Source: Paracoccaceae bacterium (GTDB taxonomy: Bacteria; Pseudomonadota; Alphaproteobacteria; Rhodobacterales; Rhodobacteraceae). Taken from it: a stretch of DNA of 64,000 nt. Under the pieces are notes generated by a model. That model ran no database searches. It was not told the DNA's origin and was given only the letters and a program-made list of their open reading frames with translations. The translations under genes and the position numbers were made by a program. Position 1 is the first letter of the stretch, and each line of letters opens with the position of its first letter. The stretch spans positions 468 through 64,467 of the forward strand of contig JABSSD010000025.1 in assembly GCA_013214575.1 (NCBI GenBank). The letters run 5' to 3'. Below are positions 9,369 through 18,311 of the stretch, in pieces.

Positions 9369-10679
9369 ATGGGAATTGGATCTGTATTTGTAGGCTTCTT
9401 CAGCATGATGGGATTGCTGCTGATGAGCTTCCCGATCGCGGTCATTATGGTCGTGCTCGGTGTTATTGGCGGGGTGATGCTATATGGCATGCCTTTGTTG
9501 AATTCGATGGGCCCGGTGATCTGGGGGGTTCAGAACGAGAACATCCTGACCGCCATTCCGTTGTTCATCCTGCTGGGTGAGCTTCTGCTGAGAAGCGGTA
9601 TTGCCGACAGGATGTACGGAACCCTGGCCCTTTGGCTGGGCCGTCTGCCCGGTGGATTACTGCACACCAACATTGGCTGCTGTGCGCTTTTTGCCGCGAC
9701 GTCCGGATCGTCTGTGGCCACGGCTGCCACGGTTGGCACCGTTGCGCTTCCAGCTTTGGATAGCCGGGGATATAGCGCCCGTCAGTCTTTGGGCTCGCTT
9801 GCGGCGGGTGGCACCTTGGGCATTCTGATCCCGCCAAGTGTGAACCTGCTGATCTATGGCTCTCTGGCCAATGTATCGATCGGGCAGCTGTTTCTCGCCG
9901 GCATCATTCCCGGACTGACCCTGACCTTCCTCTTCATGCTCTATATCGCGTTTGAATCCAAATTTGGCTCCAGTGCCGGATCTGTACAAAAAGAAGAGCT
10001 GGCACCGCTGGATGTACGCCTTCGTTCGCTGGTCCACCTGGTGCCACCGATGATCATTTTTGGGGTTGTCATGGGCTCGATCTACATGGGCATCGCCACC
10101 CCCACGGAATCCGCGGCCTTGGGGGTTGTGACCGCTTTGGCCTTTGCCGCGCGCGAAGGTAAGTTGAGCCTCGAGTTTTTCGACACTTGCTTCCGCCAGA
10201 CCGCCAAGACAACCGGCATGATCCTGTTGATCATCACCGCGGCCTTTATGCTGAACGTCACCTTGGCCCTGGGTGGTATCGCGCAGACGATGACGGCGTG
10301 GGTCGCATCCTTTGGGCTTTCTTCGACGGGGCTCTTGTTGGTGCTGATTGTGTTCTATCTGTTCCTGGGCATGTTCATGGATGTTCTGTCAATGCAGGTC
10401 CTGACCATTCCGGTGGCTTTGCCGATCGTTGCGGCCGTCGGCGTGGATCCGATCTGGTTTGGCATTTTCATCGTGCTGATGTGCGAACTGGGTATGATCA
10501 CACCGCCGGTCGGCATGAACCTTTATGTTGTGCAGGGCGTCAGAAGCGATGGCGGCCCGTTCCGGGACGTCGTTCTGGGCGCCATGCCCTATGCCCTGAT
10601 CATGATCTTGTTCACAATGCTGCTGATCATGATGCCGGACATTGTGTTGTGGCTGCCAGATTCGATGAGTGGGCACTGA
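9369..10679 (+). CDS. dctM: TRAP transporter large permease (DctM)
   Basis: 436-aa polytopic ORF of typical DctM length and composition. Confidence 0.9.
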   Translation: MGIGSVFVGFFSMMGLLLMSFPIAVIMVVLGVIGGVMLYGMPLLNSMGPVIWGVQNENILTAIPLFILLGELLLRSGIADRMYGTLALWLGRLPGGLLHTNIGCCALFAATSGSSVATAATVGTVALPALDSRGYSARQSLGSLAAGGTLGILIPPSVNLLIYGSLANVSIGQLFLAGIIPGLTLTFLFMLYIAFESKFGSSAGSVQKEELAPLDVRLRSLVHLVPPMIIFGVVMGSIYMGIATPTESAALGVVTALAFAAREGKLSLEFFDTCFRQTAKTTGMILLIITAAFMLNVTLALGGIAQTMTAWVASFGLSSTGLLLVLIVFYLFLGMFMDVLSMQVLTIPVALPIVAAVGVDPIWFGIFIVLMCELGMITPPVGMNLYVVQGVRSDGGPFRDVVLGAMPYALIMILFTMLLIMMPDIVLWLPDSMSGH

Positions 10680-10681
10680 CT

Positions 10682-12073
10682 ATGGCACATGATTACTGGA
10701 AACTGGGGGCGGCCGGGTTATCGGCCGCCTACAGCACTGGAGCAGCAACCCCTATTGGGGTTGTCACTGAATTGGCCACGCGCATTGAACGGCTGAACCC
10801 GCAGGTGAACGCCTATGTCAGTATTGCCGACGATCTGCTGGAACAGGCCAGAGACAGTCAAAAGCGCCTAGAAGGCGGTGCTGCCCGGTCAGCTCTGGAA
10901 GGGGTTCCGGTTGCACTCAAGGACAATCTGTCGATGGCTGGATTGCCCGCAGCCTGGGGCGGCGCCTTGTTTTCCGAGACCCGCGAAAATGACGAACTTC
11001 CAGTGCGGCGCCTGCGCGAGGCAGGTGCCATTCTGGTAGGCAAAACCAACTGCCCGGAATTCGCGGTCGAAGGATATACGGCTAACAACACATTCGGCGT
11101 CACACGCAACCCCTGGGATCTGACCTTGACCCCCGGCGGTTCATCGGGCGGCTCGGTGGCCGCTGTCGCTGCCGGTCTAGCACCAGTGGCATTGGGCACT
11201 GACGGAGGTGGATCAATCAGACGGCCCTGCGGCCATACAGGTCTCTATGGTCTCAAACCCACATCAGGATCGGTTCCACGCCACGGTGGCCTGCCTCAGA
11301 TTCTGATGGATTTTGAGGTGGTTGGTCCGATCGCCCGGACTGTGCGGGATCTGCGGCTGCTATACTCAACGATTGCAGGGCCGGATTTGCTGGATGCAAC
11401 ATCCCGTGCCATTGAACCGCGGCGCAACCCAAGTGCCGCACTAAAAATCCTCTATGTTGAACAGTTCGCTGAGAACCCTTGTGATCCGCAGATCGTGGCA
11501 TCGACCCGAGCGCTGGCAAAACAACTTGAGGGAATGGGTCATCAGATCATTCGCGGCGCATTGCCGTTTAACTTGACGGCGCTGGATGCGTTTTGGGGCA
11601 AATTCGCTCAGATCGGTTTGGCCCATATCGCAGCAACTGTGCCGGACATGGCCGATCGGGCCTCGACCCTCTATCTGGACATGGCGCGGCAGGGCGAAGG
11701 CATTCCGGCGCACGCGTTGTTTGCCGCGCTTGAGGCAGTGCGCGATCTGCGTTCGGAGGTGTCGCTTGGGTTTGCTGAGTGGGACGTCATCATGACACCG
11801 TCCGCAGCAGCCCAGCCTTGGCCGGCGGAAATCAGTTTTCCGGATGAAATCAACGGCCAGTCGGTTGGACCACGAGGTCACGCTATCTATACCGGCTGGG
11901 TTAACGCAAGCGGGCATCCCGGCGTTACCGTGCCGGTTCGCCCGGATGCTGCAGGAATGCCTATTGGTATGCAGTTGATCGGTGACCGATTTTCTGAGGA
12001 GATGCTGCTCGACCTTGCATCTCAGATCGAGGCGGAAGGTCCGGGCTGGACCTTTCCGCCGTTTGCGTCCTGA
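10682..12073 (+). CDS. Amidase-signature family amidase
   Basis: ATG at 10682 lies 2 nt after the dctM stop; the track ORF from 10187 is an out-of-frame overlap with dctM. Motifs GGSSGGSVAAVAAG and GTDGGGSIRRP. Confidence 0.85.
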   Translation: MAHDYWKLGAAGLSAAYSTGAATPIGVVTELATRIERLNPQVNAYVSIADDLLEQARDSQKRLEGGAARSALEGVPVALKDNLSMAGLPAAWGGALFSETRENDELPVRRLREAGAILVGKTNCPEFAVEGYTANNTFGVTRNPWDLTLTPGGSSGGSVAAVAAGLAPVALGTDGGGSIRRPCGHTGLYGLKPTSGSVPRHGGLPQILMDFEVVGPIARTVRDLRLLYSTIAGPDLLDATSRAIEPRRNPSAALKILYVEQFAENPCDPQIVASTRALAKQLEGMGHQIIRGALPFNLTALDAFWGKFAQIGLAHIAATVPDMADRASTLYLDMARQGEGIPAHALFAALEAVRDLRSEVSLGFAEWDVIMTPSAAAQPWPAEISFPDEINGQSVGPRGHAIYTGWVNASGHPGVTVPVRPDAAGMPIGMQLIGDRFSEEMLLDLASQIEAEGPGWTFPPFAS

Positions 12074-12077
12074 CAGA

Positions 12078-12848
12078 TCAGAGGGGGAAGTCGATTGCGA
12101 TTTCCCCCAATCCCCTGATCTCACCGCGCACTGGGGTGCCACGCTCGATGTAAGGCAATCCGTTCAGCGATCCGGTGATAACGACATGGCCGGGTTTCAA
12201 CCCGCCGCAATGATCGCCAACCATTTCTGCCAGCGCCCGGAAGCTTTCAAAAGCGTTACCCGCCGGAATAGATGCCATCCCGTCCAGAACAACCTCATCC
12301 CCGAACGACAGGTATGCGTCGACTTCAGGCTGGTCAAAGGCGGCCCAGTCGCGCAATTCCTGCCCCACGACCAGACCACCATTCAGTTGGTTGTCGGCAA
12401 GCCGTAATTGGGGTGAGCAGTCCGGATCGTCTGACAGACGGGTCAGGACAATTTCAATCACCGGCACCATCGCCACACAGGCGCGCAGGTTTTCCAGATA
12501 GTTCTCGGTATTCGGAGCGGGAAGCGGCGAGAGAATTTTGAATCCGATCTCCAGCTCGATCCCTATGAGCTCACCCGGAGGCGTCTGAACGGCCACAGGA
12601 GTCGAATAGGTGTCTTTGCTGTAAATCGGGGCCATGATGTTTGGCTGCCCTGGTTTCCTGGCCACTTTGAACCCCGCGACAGGCGCATATTTTTTCGCCA
12701 GGATCGACTGAACTTGATACGCCTCCTCCCAGCTGAACTGCCCGTCCCGCTCAAGTTCCGACCCCGGCTTGGCGCCGTCGCCACGTGCGTGGTCCAGCTT
12801 TTCTGCAAGCGCATCTACCCGGTTGATTTCACTGTTTCTCATCTGCAT
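12078..12848 (-). CDS. 2-keto-4-pentenoate hydratase / 2-oxohepta-3-ene-1,7-dioate hydratase family (MhpD/HpcG-like)
   Basis: 256-aa ORF with family-like blocks FKVARKPG, IELEIGF and VITGSL. Convergent with the amidase, with a 4-nt gap. Confidence 0.6.
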   Translation of the reverse strand: MQMRNSEINRVDALAEKLDHARGDGAKPGSELERDGQFSWEEAYQVQSILAKKYAPVAGFKVARKPGQPNIMAPIYSKDTYSTPVAVQTPPGELIGIELEIGFKILSPLPAPNTENYLENLRACVAMVPVIEIVLTRLSDDPDCSPQLRLADNQLNGGLVVGQELRDWAAFDQPEVDAYLSFGDEVVLDGMASIPAGNAFESFRALAEMVGDHCGGLKPGHVVITGSLNGLPYIERGTPVRGEIRGLGEIAIDFPL

Positions 12849-13002
12849 TTTGGCCCCGTTTGCGCTGAAAAGCTGCGTCAGCAGCTGCCCTGTTGATTTT
12901 ATATTTTATACGCTACAATCCCTCTGAAACAAACATGAAAGATCGAAATATCCCTCTACTTCATCAGGGGAGAAGGGAATATTTTGGCGTAGGGAGAGCC
13001 AC

Positions 13003-13767
13003 ATGAAAGATAAAGCCAAACCAAGATCACGACGCAAATATGACACCCGTGGGAAACTAATCATTACCCGCGTGTCGCTGCATGAACAAGTTGTCGGTCT
13101 TGTCAGGCAAATGATAGTTTCCGGGGCGCTTCCTGTCGGCGAAAAGATCAGAGTGGGCGAATTGGCACAAGAACTGGATGTCTCGCTGACACCGCTTCGC
13201 GAAGCCCTGAAAGTTCTTGCCGGTGAAAAGCTGGTTGAATTGATGCCCAACAGAGGCGCGCGCGTGGCTGCGATGACGGTCGAAGGTGTTCAGGAACTAT
13301 TCACGGTCATTGCAGGGATCGAAGCCCTGGCGGCCGAACTGGCAGCCGAGCGGATTACCGAGGAGGAAATGGCGGAGATCCAAGCCGAGCACGCTAAGAT
13401 GGCGTTGCATCATCAACGCGGCGAAAGGGACGAGTACTTCAATCTGAACCGCAAAATTCACGACATGATCGTCACCTTTGCCGGAAACGAAACGCTTACT
13501 CAGATCCGGGCCCAACTGAGCATTCAGGCTGAACGCGCTCGCTTCCTGTCGGTAGCGTCGGGAACGCATCGAATGGAGGCCATGAAGGATCATGAAGATT
13601 TGATGGATGCGTTCCACGCCCGTGACTCCAAAAAAGCGCATGAGATCTGGCGGCAACATCTGATTAGCTCTGGCGAAGAAACCTGCCGCATTCTCAGATT
13701 GTGGGAAAACGAACCTGCGGGGGACGATCATATCCCAGGGAAATCTGAACTGAATTCCACAGGCTAA
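13003..13767 (+). CDS. GntR-family regulator (FadR/FCD subfamily)
   Basis: 254-aa ORF with wHTH LHEQVVGLVRQMIVSGALPVGEKIRVGELAQELDVSLTPLREALKVL and a helical FCD-type C-terminus. Confidence 0.85.
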   Translation: MKDKAKPRSRRKYDTRGKLIITRVSLHEQVVGLVRQMIVSGALPVGEKIRVGELAQELDVSLTPLREALKVLAGEKLVELMPNRGARVAAMTVEGVQELFTVIAGIEALAAELAAERITEEEMAEIQAEHAKMALHHQRGERDEYFNLNRKIHDMIVTFAGNETLTQIRAQLSIQAERARFLSVASGTHRMEAMKDHEDLMDAFHARDSKKAHEIWRQHLISSGEETCRILRLWENEPAGDDHIPGKSELNSTG

Positions 13768-13781
13768 GGCTCTAGCTGGAA

Positions 13782-13805
13782 GATGACCGGCGCAGACCGG
13801 TCATC
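13782..13805. terminator. Hairpin between convergent genes (9-bp stem)
   Basis: gatgaccgg-cgcaga-ccggtcatc read directly. Confidence 0.5.
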
Positions 13806-13828
13806 TATTGTGTTTCAGAAATTTTGGC

Positions 13829-15022
13829 TCAGGCCGCGTGGGACAGATCCAGTGGCGGATTTGTTTCCGCCAGATATTCCAAGGCGGTTTGGACGCCACC
13901 AGCCTGATGCGGAACATCGGCCAGTTTCAACCCCATCTCGACGCCTGACAACGTACCTGCCAGCATTAGATCGTTGAAATCACCAAGGTGCCCGATGCGG
14001 AATACCTTGTCGGCGAGACGGCCAAGACCATTGCCCAGAGACATGTTGAGACGCGTGTGGACCACTTTGCGGAAGGCATCCGCAGAATGCCCCTGCGGCA
14101 TCAGAACAGCCGTCAATGCGCCGGAGGAATGCTCGGGTACTTTGCACAGAACTTCCAGACCCCAGCCGCGCACGGCGCGACGCGTGGCTTCGGCGTGGCG
14201 CTGATGCCGTTTGAAGACATTGTCCAGCCCTTCTGCGTGCAACCGATCAAGTGCAGCCACCAATCCATAAAGCAGATTTGTTGAAGGGGTATAGGGGAAA
14301 AATCCGGTCGCATTGGCCGCAATCATTTCGTCCCAGCTCCAGAACGCCCGAGTCAAACCAGCCGTACGGGACGCGTCCCTGGCCTTGGGGCTGATGGCGT
14401 TGAAAGACAGCCCAGGCGGCAGCATCAGACCCTTTTGCGAGCCACCAATGGTGACATCCACGCCCCATTCATCATGTCGGTAGTCGATGGACCCCAGTGA
14501 CGAGATCGTATCCACCATCAACAAGGCGGGGTGACCGGTGGCATCCATCACTGCGCGCAGCTTATCAATCTGCGAGGTGCAACCGGTTGAGGTTTCGTTG
14601 TGAACAACGCAAACCGCCTTGATGATATGTTCGAAATCACGCTCCAGATGGTCTTCGATGGCGGTCAAATCCGCGCCGGTCCGCCAGTCGGTACCGATGA
14701 CTTTAGGCACCAGCCCCAAACGTTTGGCAAGTGTTTCCCACAGCGAAGCAAAATGGCCGGTCTGGCACATCAGAACTGTGTCGCCGGGCGACAGGGTGTT
14801 CACCAGTGCAGCCTCCCAGGCGCCAGTTCCCGATGCCGGATAAATGACCACGTCCTCTTTTGTTTTGAAGATCGTCTTTATCCCGGAAAGCGCCCTCAGT
14901 CCCAGCTCTCCGAATTCCGGACTTCTGTGATCCATGGTTGGCTGATCGATCGCTCGCAGCACATCATCCGGTACATTTGACGGGCCCGGAATTTGAAGAA
15001 AATGTCGGCCAGGTTTGTGCAT
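13829..15022 (-). CDS. Class-V aminotransferase (serine/alanine-glyoxylate or pyruvate type)
   Basis: 397-aa ORF with IGGSQKGLMLPPGL. Paralogous in family to the bhcA-type gene. Confidence 0.85.
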   Translation of the reverse strand: MHKPGRHFLQIPGPSNVPDDVLRAIDQPTMDHRSPEFGELGLRALSGIKTIFKTKEDVVIYPASGTGAWEAALVNTLSPGDTVLMCQTGHFASLWETLAKRLGLVPKVIGTDWRTGADLTAIEDHLERDFEHIIKAVCVVHNETSTGCTSQIDKLRAVMDATGHPALLMVDTISSLGSIDYRHDEWGVDVTIGGSQKGLMLPPGLSFNAISPKARDASRTAGLTRAFWSWDEMIAANATGFFPYTPSTNLLYGLVAALDRLHAEGLDNVFKRHQRHAEATRRAVRGWGLEVLCKVPEHSSGALTAVLMPQGHSADAFRKVVHTRLNMSLGNGLGRLADKVFRIGHLGDFNDLMLAGTLSGVEMGLKLADVPHQAGGVQTALEYLAETNPPLDLSHAA

Positions 15023-15033
15023 TTCATTGCCTT

Positions 15034-15074
15034 ATTTCTGTATTTGTTGGCTATTAATAACACGATACAGAAAT
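15034..15074. promoter_or_regulatory. Perfect 10-bp inverted repeat (21-bp spacer) upstream of the aminotransferase gene; candidate operator
   Basis: atttctgtat ... atacagaaat. There is also a direct repeat taacacgat at 15058 and 15107. Confidence 0.35.
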
Positions 15075-15271
15075 AAAATATTATATCAATAAATTTCTGA
15101 GCAGGGTAACACGATGCCAGATCCATTGAACTGAAACGATTTTCCTGTCTTTCGCGCTGGCTGACGGCTCTGTCCGTTGCCAAAAAGGCATGCACCCGCT
15201 ACCTAGCGCTCGGGGCTAGGCAACGTAGCGCGGCATCATCCCTTCGCAAGGTCATCGCGAAGGGGATTTCA

Positions 15272-16687
15272 TCAGATGAAATCGGAGATTTCGCGTGAAC
15301 AATACGCGCCGTCCCCCTTGGATCCGGTTACCTCGCCATCGACCATGATCGTCTTTCCACGCAGGATAGTCCGGACTGGCCAACCGGTGATTTCCATCCC
15401 CTCATATGGGGTGTAATCTGCGCCGTGGTGCAGATCTTGCTGGCGGATTGTGGCCGTTTTCTCGCGGTCCCAAAGAACCATATCGGCATCGGCTCCGACA
15501 ACTAAGGAGCCCTTGCGCGGGTACAACCCGTACAGTCGTGCCGGATTGGTCGAGGTCAGGGCGACAAACCGTTCAATGGAAATCCGCCCCTTACTGACGC
15601 CTTCTGAGAACAGAATTGGCAATCTGGTTTCGACGCCGGGTATGCCATTGGGAACCCATTTAAAGGACGTCCGGGCATTTGGATTGTCCTTGCCGGTATT
15701 GTTGGGACCTTGAAACTGGAACGGCGCGTGATCGGACGAAAAGATATCAAAGGTCCCGTCCCGCAATCCTTCCCAGATGGCGTCCTGACCGGCCTGATCA
15801 CGCGGCGGCGGAGAGCACACGTATTTCGCGCCTTCGAAATCCATGTTCAACCCCTGCAGGTCATCCTTGGTAAGGGCAATGTACTGCGGACAAGTTTCGG
15901 CAAAGACCCTTAGTCCGCGTTTGCGGGCCCATTGAATTTGCTCCATGGGATCACGCCCCGAAACATGTACGATCACAATGGGAATATCGGTCAGCTGGGC
16001 ATGGCTGATCGCACGATGGGTGGCTTCGCGTTCGGCAATCTCCGAATGCGCCAAGGCATGGTAATACGGTGCGGTCTTGCCACTTTCTTCAAGTTTTCGG
16101 GTCATGTGCTTGATGGCATCATGGCCCTCGGCATGCACCATGACCAAGGCTTTTTCCCTGCGCGCAACTTCGAACACCTCCAGCAGCTGGCTGTCGGTCA
16201 GCATAAGATCGTCATAGGTCATAAAGACTTTGAACGATGTGTACCCATCCTTAACCAGAGCGGGAAGCTCCTGGCCCAGAACTTGCGGTGTCGGGTCGGT
16301 CACAATCAGATGAAACGACACATCCACCAGGCAGTTGCCCTCCGCCTTTTCGTGGTACTCGGTGACGCACTGACGCAGCGACTTGCCCTTTTCCTGCAAC
16401 GCAAAAGGCAGGATCGTGGTGTTACCACCGGCTGCCGCGGAGCGGGTGCCGCTTTCAAAATCATCAGCCATCACGGTCCCGTCGCTGGTGGGTTGCGACA
16501 GATGAACATGCCCATCAACACCGCCCGGCAAAACCATAAGACCTGTGGCATCCACCGTTTCCAGCGCGTTTTCGATGGTCTCGGAAATCTGAACGATTTT
16601 CCCGCCACGCACGCCAATGTCAGCGATAAAGGAGTCGGATGCGGTGACAATTGTGCCGCCCCGGATTGCGAGATCAAGTGGAGTCAT
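15272..16687 (-). CDS. Cyclic amidohydrolase: D-hydantoinase / dihydropyrimidinase / imidase family
   Basis: The ATG at 16687 (MTPLDLAIRGGTIVT) avoids overlap with the upstream GntR gene. Metal-ligand motif GGVDGHVHL and carboxylated-lysine context TSFKVFMTYD. Confidence 0.85.
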   Translation of the reverse strand: MTPLDLAIRGGTIVTASDSFIADIGVRGGKIVQISETIENALETVDATGLMVLPGGVDGHVHLSQPTSDGTVMADDFESGTRSAAAGGNTTILPFALQEKGKSLRQCVTEYHEKAEGNCLVDVSFHLIVTDPTPQVLGQELPALVKDGYTSFKVFMTYDDLMLTDSQLLEVFEVARREKALVMVHAEGHDAIKHMTRKLEESGKTAPYYHALAHSEIAEREATHRAISHAQLTDIPIVIVHVSGRDPMEQIQWARKRGLRVFAETCPQYIALTKDDLQGLNMDFEGAKYVCSPPPRDQAGQDAIWEGLRDGTFDIFSSDHAPFQFQGPNNTGKDNPNARTSFKWVPNGIPGVETRLPILFSEGVSKGRISIERFVALTSTNPARLYGLYPRKGSLVVGADADMVLWDREKTATIRQQDLHHGADYTPYEGMEITGWPVRTILRGKTIMVDGEVTGSKGDGAYCSREISDFI

Positions 16688-16691
16688 ACTA

Positions 16692-17447
16692 TTAGTCCGA
16701 TTTGGAGGGTGGAGAGCTTTCTCCACGGGTTTCCGGCAATGCCCCGGATTGCAAAATCCGGCAGGCTTCAGCGCCTGAATTTAAGAAATGAATGCGCCAA
16801 GCTTGACGCGCCGCTTGGGGGGACTTGTCGCGAAAAGCCGCCATGACATTCTCGTGTTCCTGCATGGCTTCCTCACGACGGTTACCTTGCTGCAATGCAT
16901 GAAACCGAACGCGCCGCGCACGAAGTTCCAATTTAGAGCGCATATGGGTGAGGATGGGATTTCCAGCAAACTCCGCGATCAGATCGTGAATGCCATTGTT
17001 GAGCTCAAAGTAATCGTCAATGGCAGTTGCGTTGTGGCAATCGCGCATTTTTGCGTGCAGTCCCTCAAGCGAATTCAGATTGTCTCTGGACATACGTGCC
17101 GCCGCCAGTTCAGCACCCAGACTTTCGATCTCGGCTGTAACTTCGAACAGAGCACGGGTTCCCTCGACCGTAATGGGGGCAATGCGAGTTGGTCGATTTG
17201 GGGTCAGCTCAACCAACTGCTCTTCGGCCAGGACTTTTAGTGCCTCGCGCATTGGCGTCAGGGAAACATTCAACCGCTCCGCCAGTTCGGAAATGTGCAG
17301 TCGCTCGCCAGGCTCCAGCTGTCCTTTTACAATCAGATCGCGCAGGCGCAGCGCGACTTGCTCATGCAGAGCCAAACGTTGAATGGCAATCTTGCCACGC
17401 TGTAGCCCCTGAACCAGTGTTAAAGACTTGCGTTCTGACTGTGGCAT
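16692..17447 (-). CDS. GntR-family regulator (FCD subfamily)
   Basis: Internal ATG at 17447 (MPQSERKSLTLVQ...). wHTH ALHEQVALRLRDLIVKGQLEPGERLHISELAERLNVSLTPMREALKVL. The longer track ORF would overlap the racemase gene. Confidence 0.8.
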   Translation of the reverse strand: MPQSERKSLTLVQGLQRGKIAIQRLALHEQVALRLRDLIVKGQLEPGERLHISELAERLNVSLTPMREALKVLAEEQLVELTPNRPTRIAPITVEGTRALFEVTAEIESLGAELAAARMSRDNLNSLEGLHAKMRDCHNATAIDDYFELNNGIHDLIAEFAGNPILTHMRSKLELRARRVRFHALQQGNRREEAMQEHENVMAAFRDKSPQAARQAWRIHFLNSGAEACRILQSGALPETRGESSPPSKSD

Positions 17448-17488
17448 CGAGTTTCCGATCTGGCGGTGTTTCCAAGGCGGGTTTGGGT

Positions 17489-18253
17489 TTATGATGAATG
17501 AGACAGCGTGGTTTTGTGCGCAATTCTTGCCGCGAGAGCCGTGGAAAGACCTTTTGAAGGTTTCGCCGCAGGCCGCCGGAAACTGCCGGCGCTGGCAGAG
17601 GCCGGTCGAAGTCTCGCCAAAGTTTCCGCCTGCCCAATGGCCGCCTGGGCGCAATCAACAAGAGGGACGGAAACCCGGTCGCGGACAATCTCGGCAAGTC
17701 CGGCAAGGGGCGCCCCGGCCAAAACAATGGTGTCGGCGCCGCCATCGGCCACAACCGAATTGCACAATTTGATAAGCTGTTCCGATTTCTCTTCCTGTAC
17801 GTCATCAATAGAACTGAATGACCCGTTGAGCATGTGGACACCGGCACAGCGTGCCTCCAAACCATGCCAGGCGACACATTCGTTGTACCAAGGACCCAAG
17901 GCTGCCGCGAAAGTCACAACTGCAAACTTTCCGCCCAGCATGCAGGCTGTCAGCATCCCAGCCTCTGCCAGTCCGACGACAGGAATGTCAAAAAGCTCTC
18001 GTGCGGCCCCCAAACCGGGGTCTCCGAATGCAGCAATGATGGCTGCGTCAAACTCCATATGACGCTCGGCCAAAATTTCTAGCGCCGCCATGCCCCCAAT
18101 AATGGCTTCGGTCCGGGTTGAAATATAGGGAACGCCGTATGACGCGGTGGCCGTTTCCAAAACCGTGTCCGCTGACATAGTCGCCCGGGCTGCATTCGCC
18201 AGGCGCTGAGTGATTCCCTCGGATGTGTTTGGGTTGATCATCAAAATACGCAT
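17489..18253 (-). CDS. Asp/Glu/hydantoin racemase family protein (hydantoin racemase-like)
   Basis: 254-aa ORF with MRILMINPNTS and two Cys-containing blocks (MLTACMLGG, PLVDCAQAA). Confidence 0.75.
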   Translation of the reverse strand: MRILMINPNTSEGITQRLANAARATMSADTVLETATASYGVPYISTRTEAIIGGMAALEILAERHMEFDAAIIAAFGDPGLGAARELFDIPVVGLAEAGMLTACMLGGKFAVVTFAAALGPWYNECVAWHGLEARCAGVHMLNGSFSSIDDVQEEKSEQLIKLCNSVVADGGADTIVLAGAPLAGLAEIVRDRVSVPLVDCAQAAIGQAETLARLRPASASAGSFRRPAAKPSKGLSTALAARIAHKTTLSHSS

Positions 18254-18311
18254 TAGTCTTCCTTGAATTTTGATACAGATGCCCTTGCCGGGCTGGATTT
18301 ATTGGGCAATT

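Noticed and set aside
10187-10681. N-terminal 165-aa extension of the amidase ORF
   Set aside because: This stretch overlaps the end of dctM in another frame. The ATG at 10682, 2 nt after the dctM stop, begins the amidase-like sequence.
15272-16687. Hydantoinase-family gene as part of ordinary reductive pyrimidine catabolism
   Set aside because: No dihydropyrimidine dehydrogenase or beta-ureidopropionase is adjacent. The gene is instead embedded with a hydantoin-type racemase and a TRAP importer.
15932-16846. 304-aa plus-strand ORF
   Set aside because: It is antisense to the hydantoinase gene, which has clear metal-binding motifs. It is a shadow ORF.
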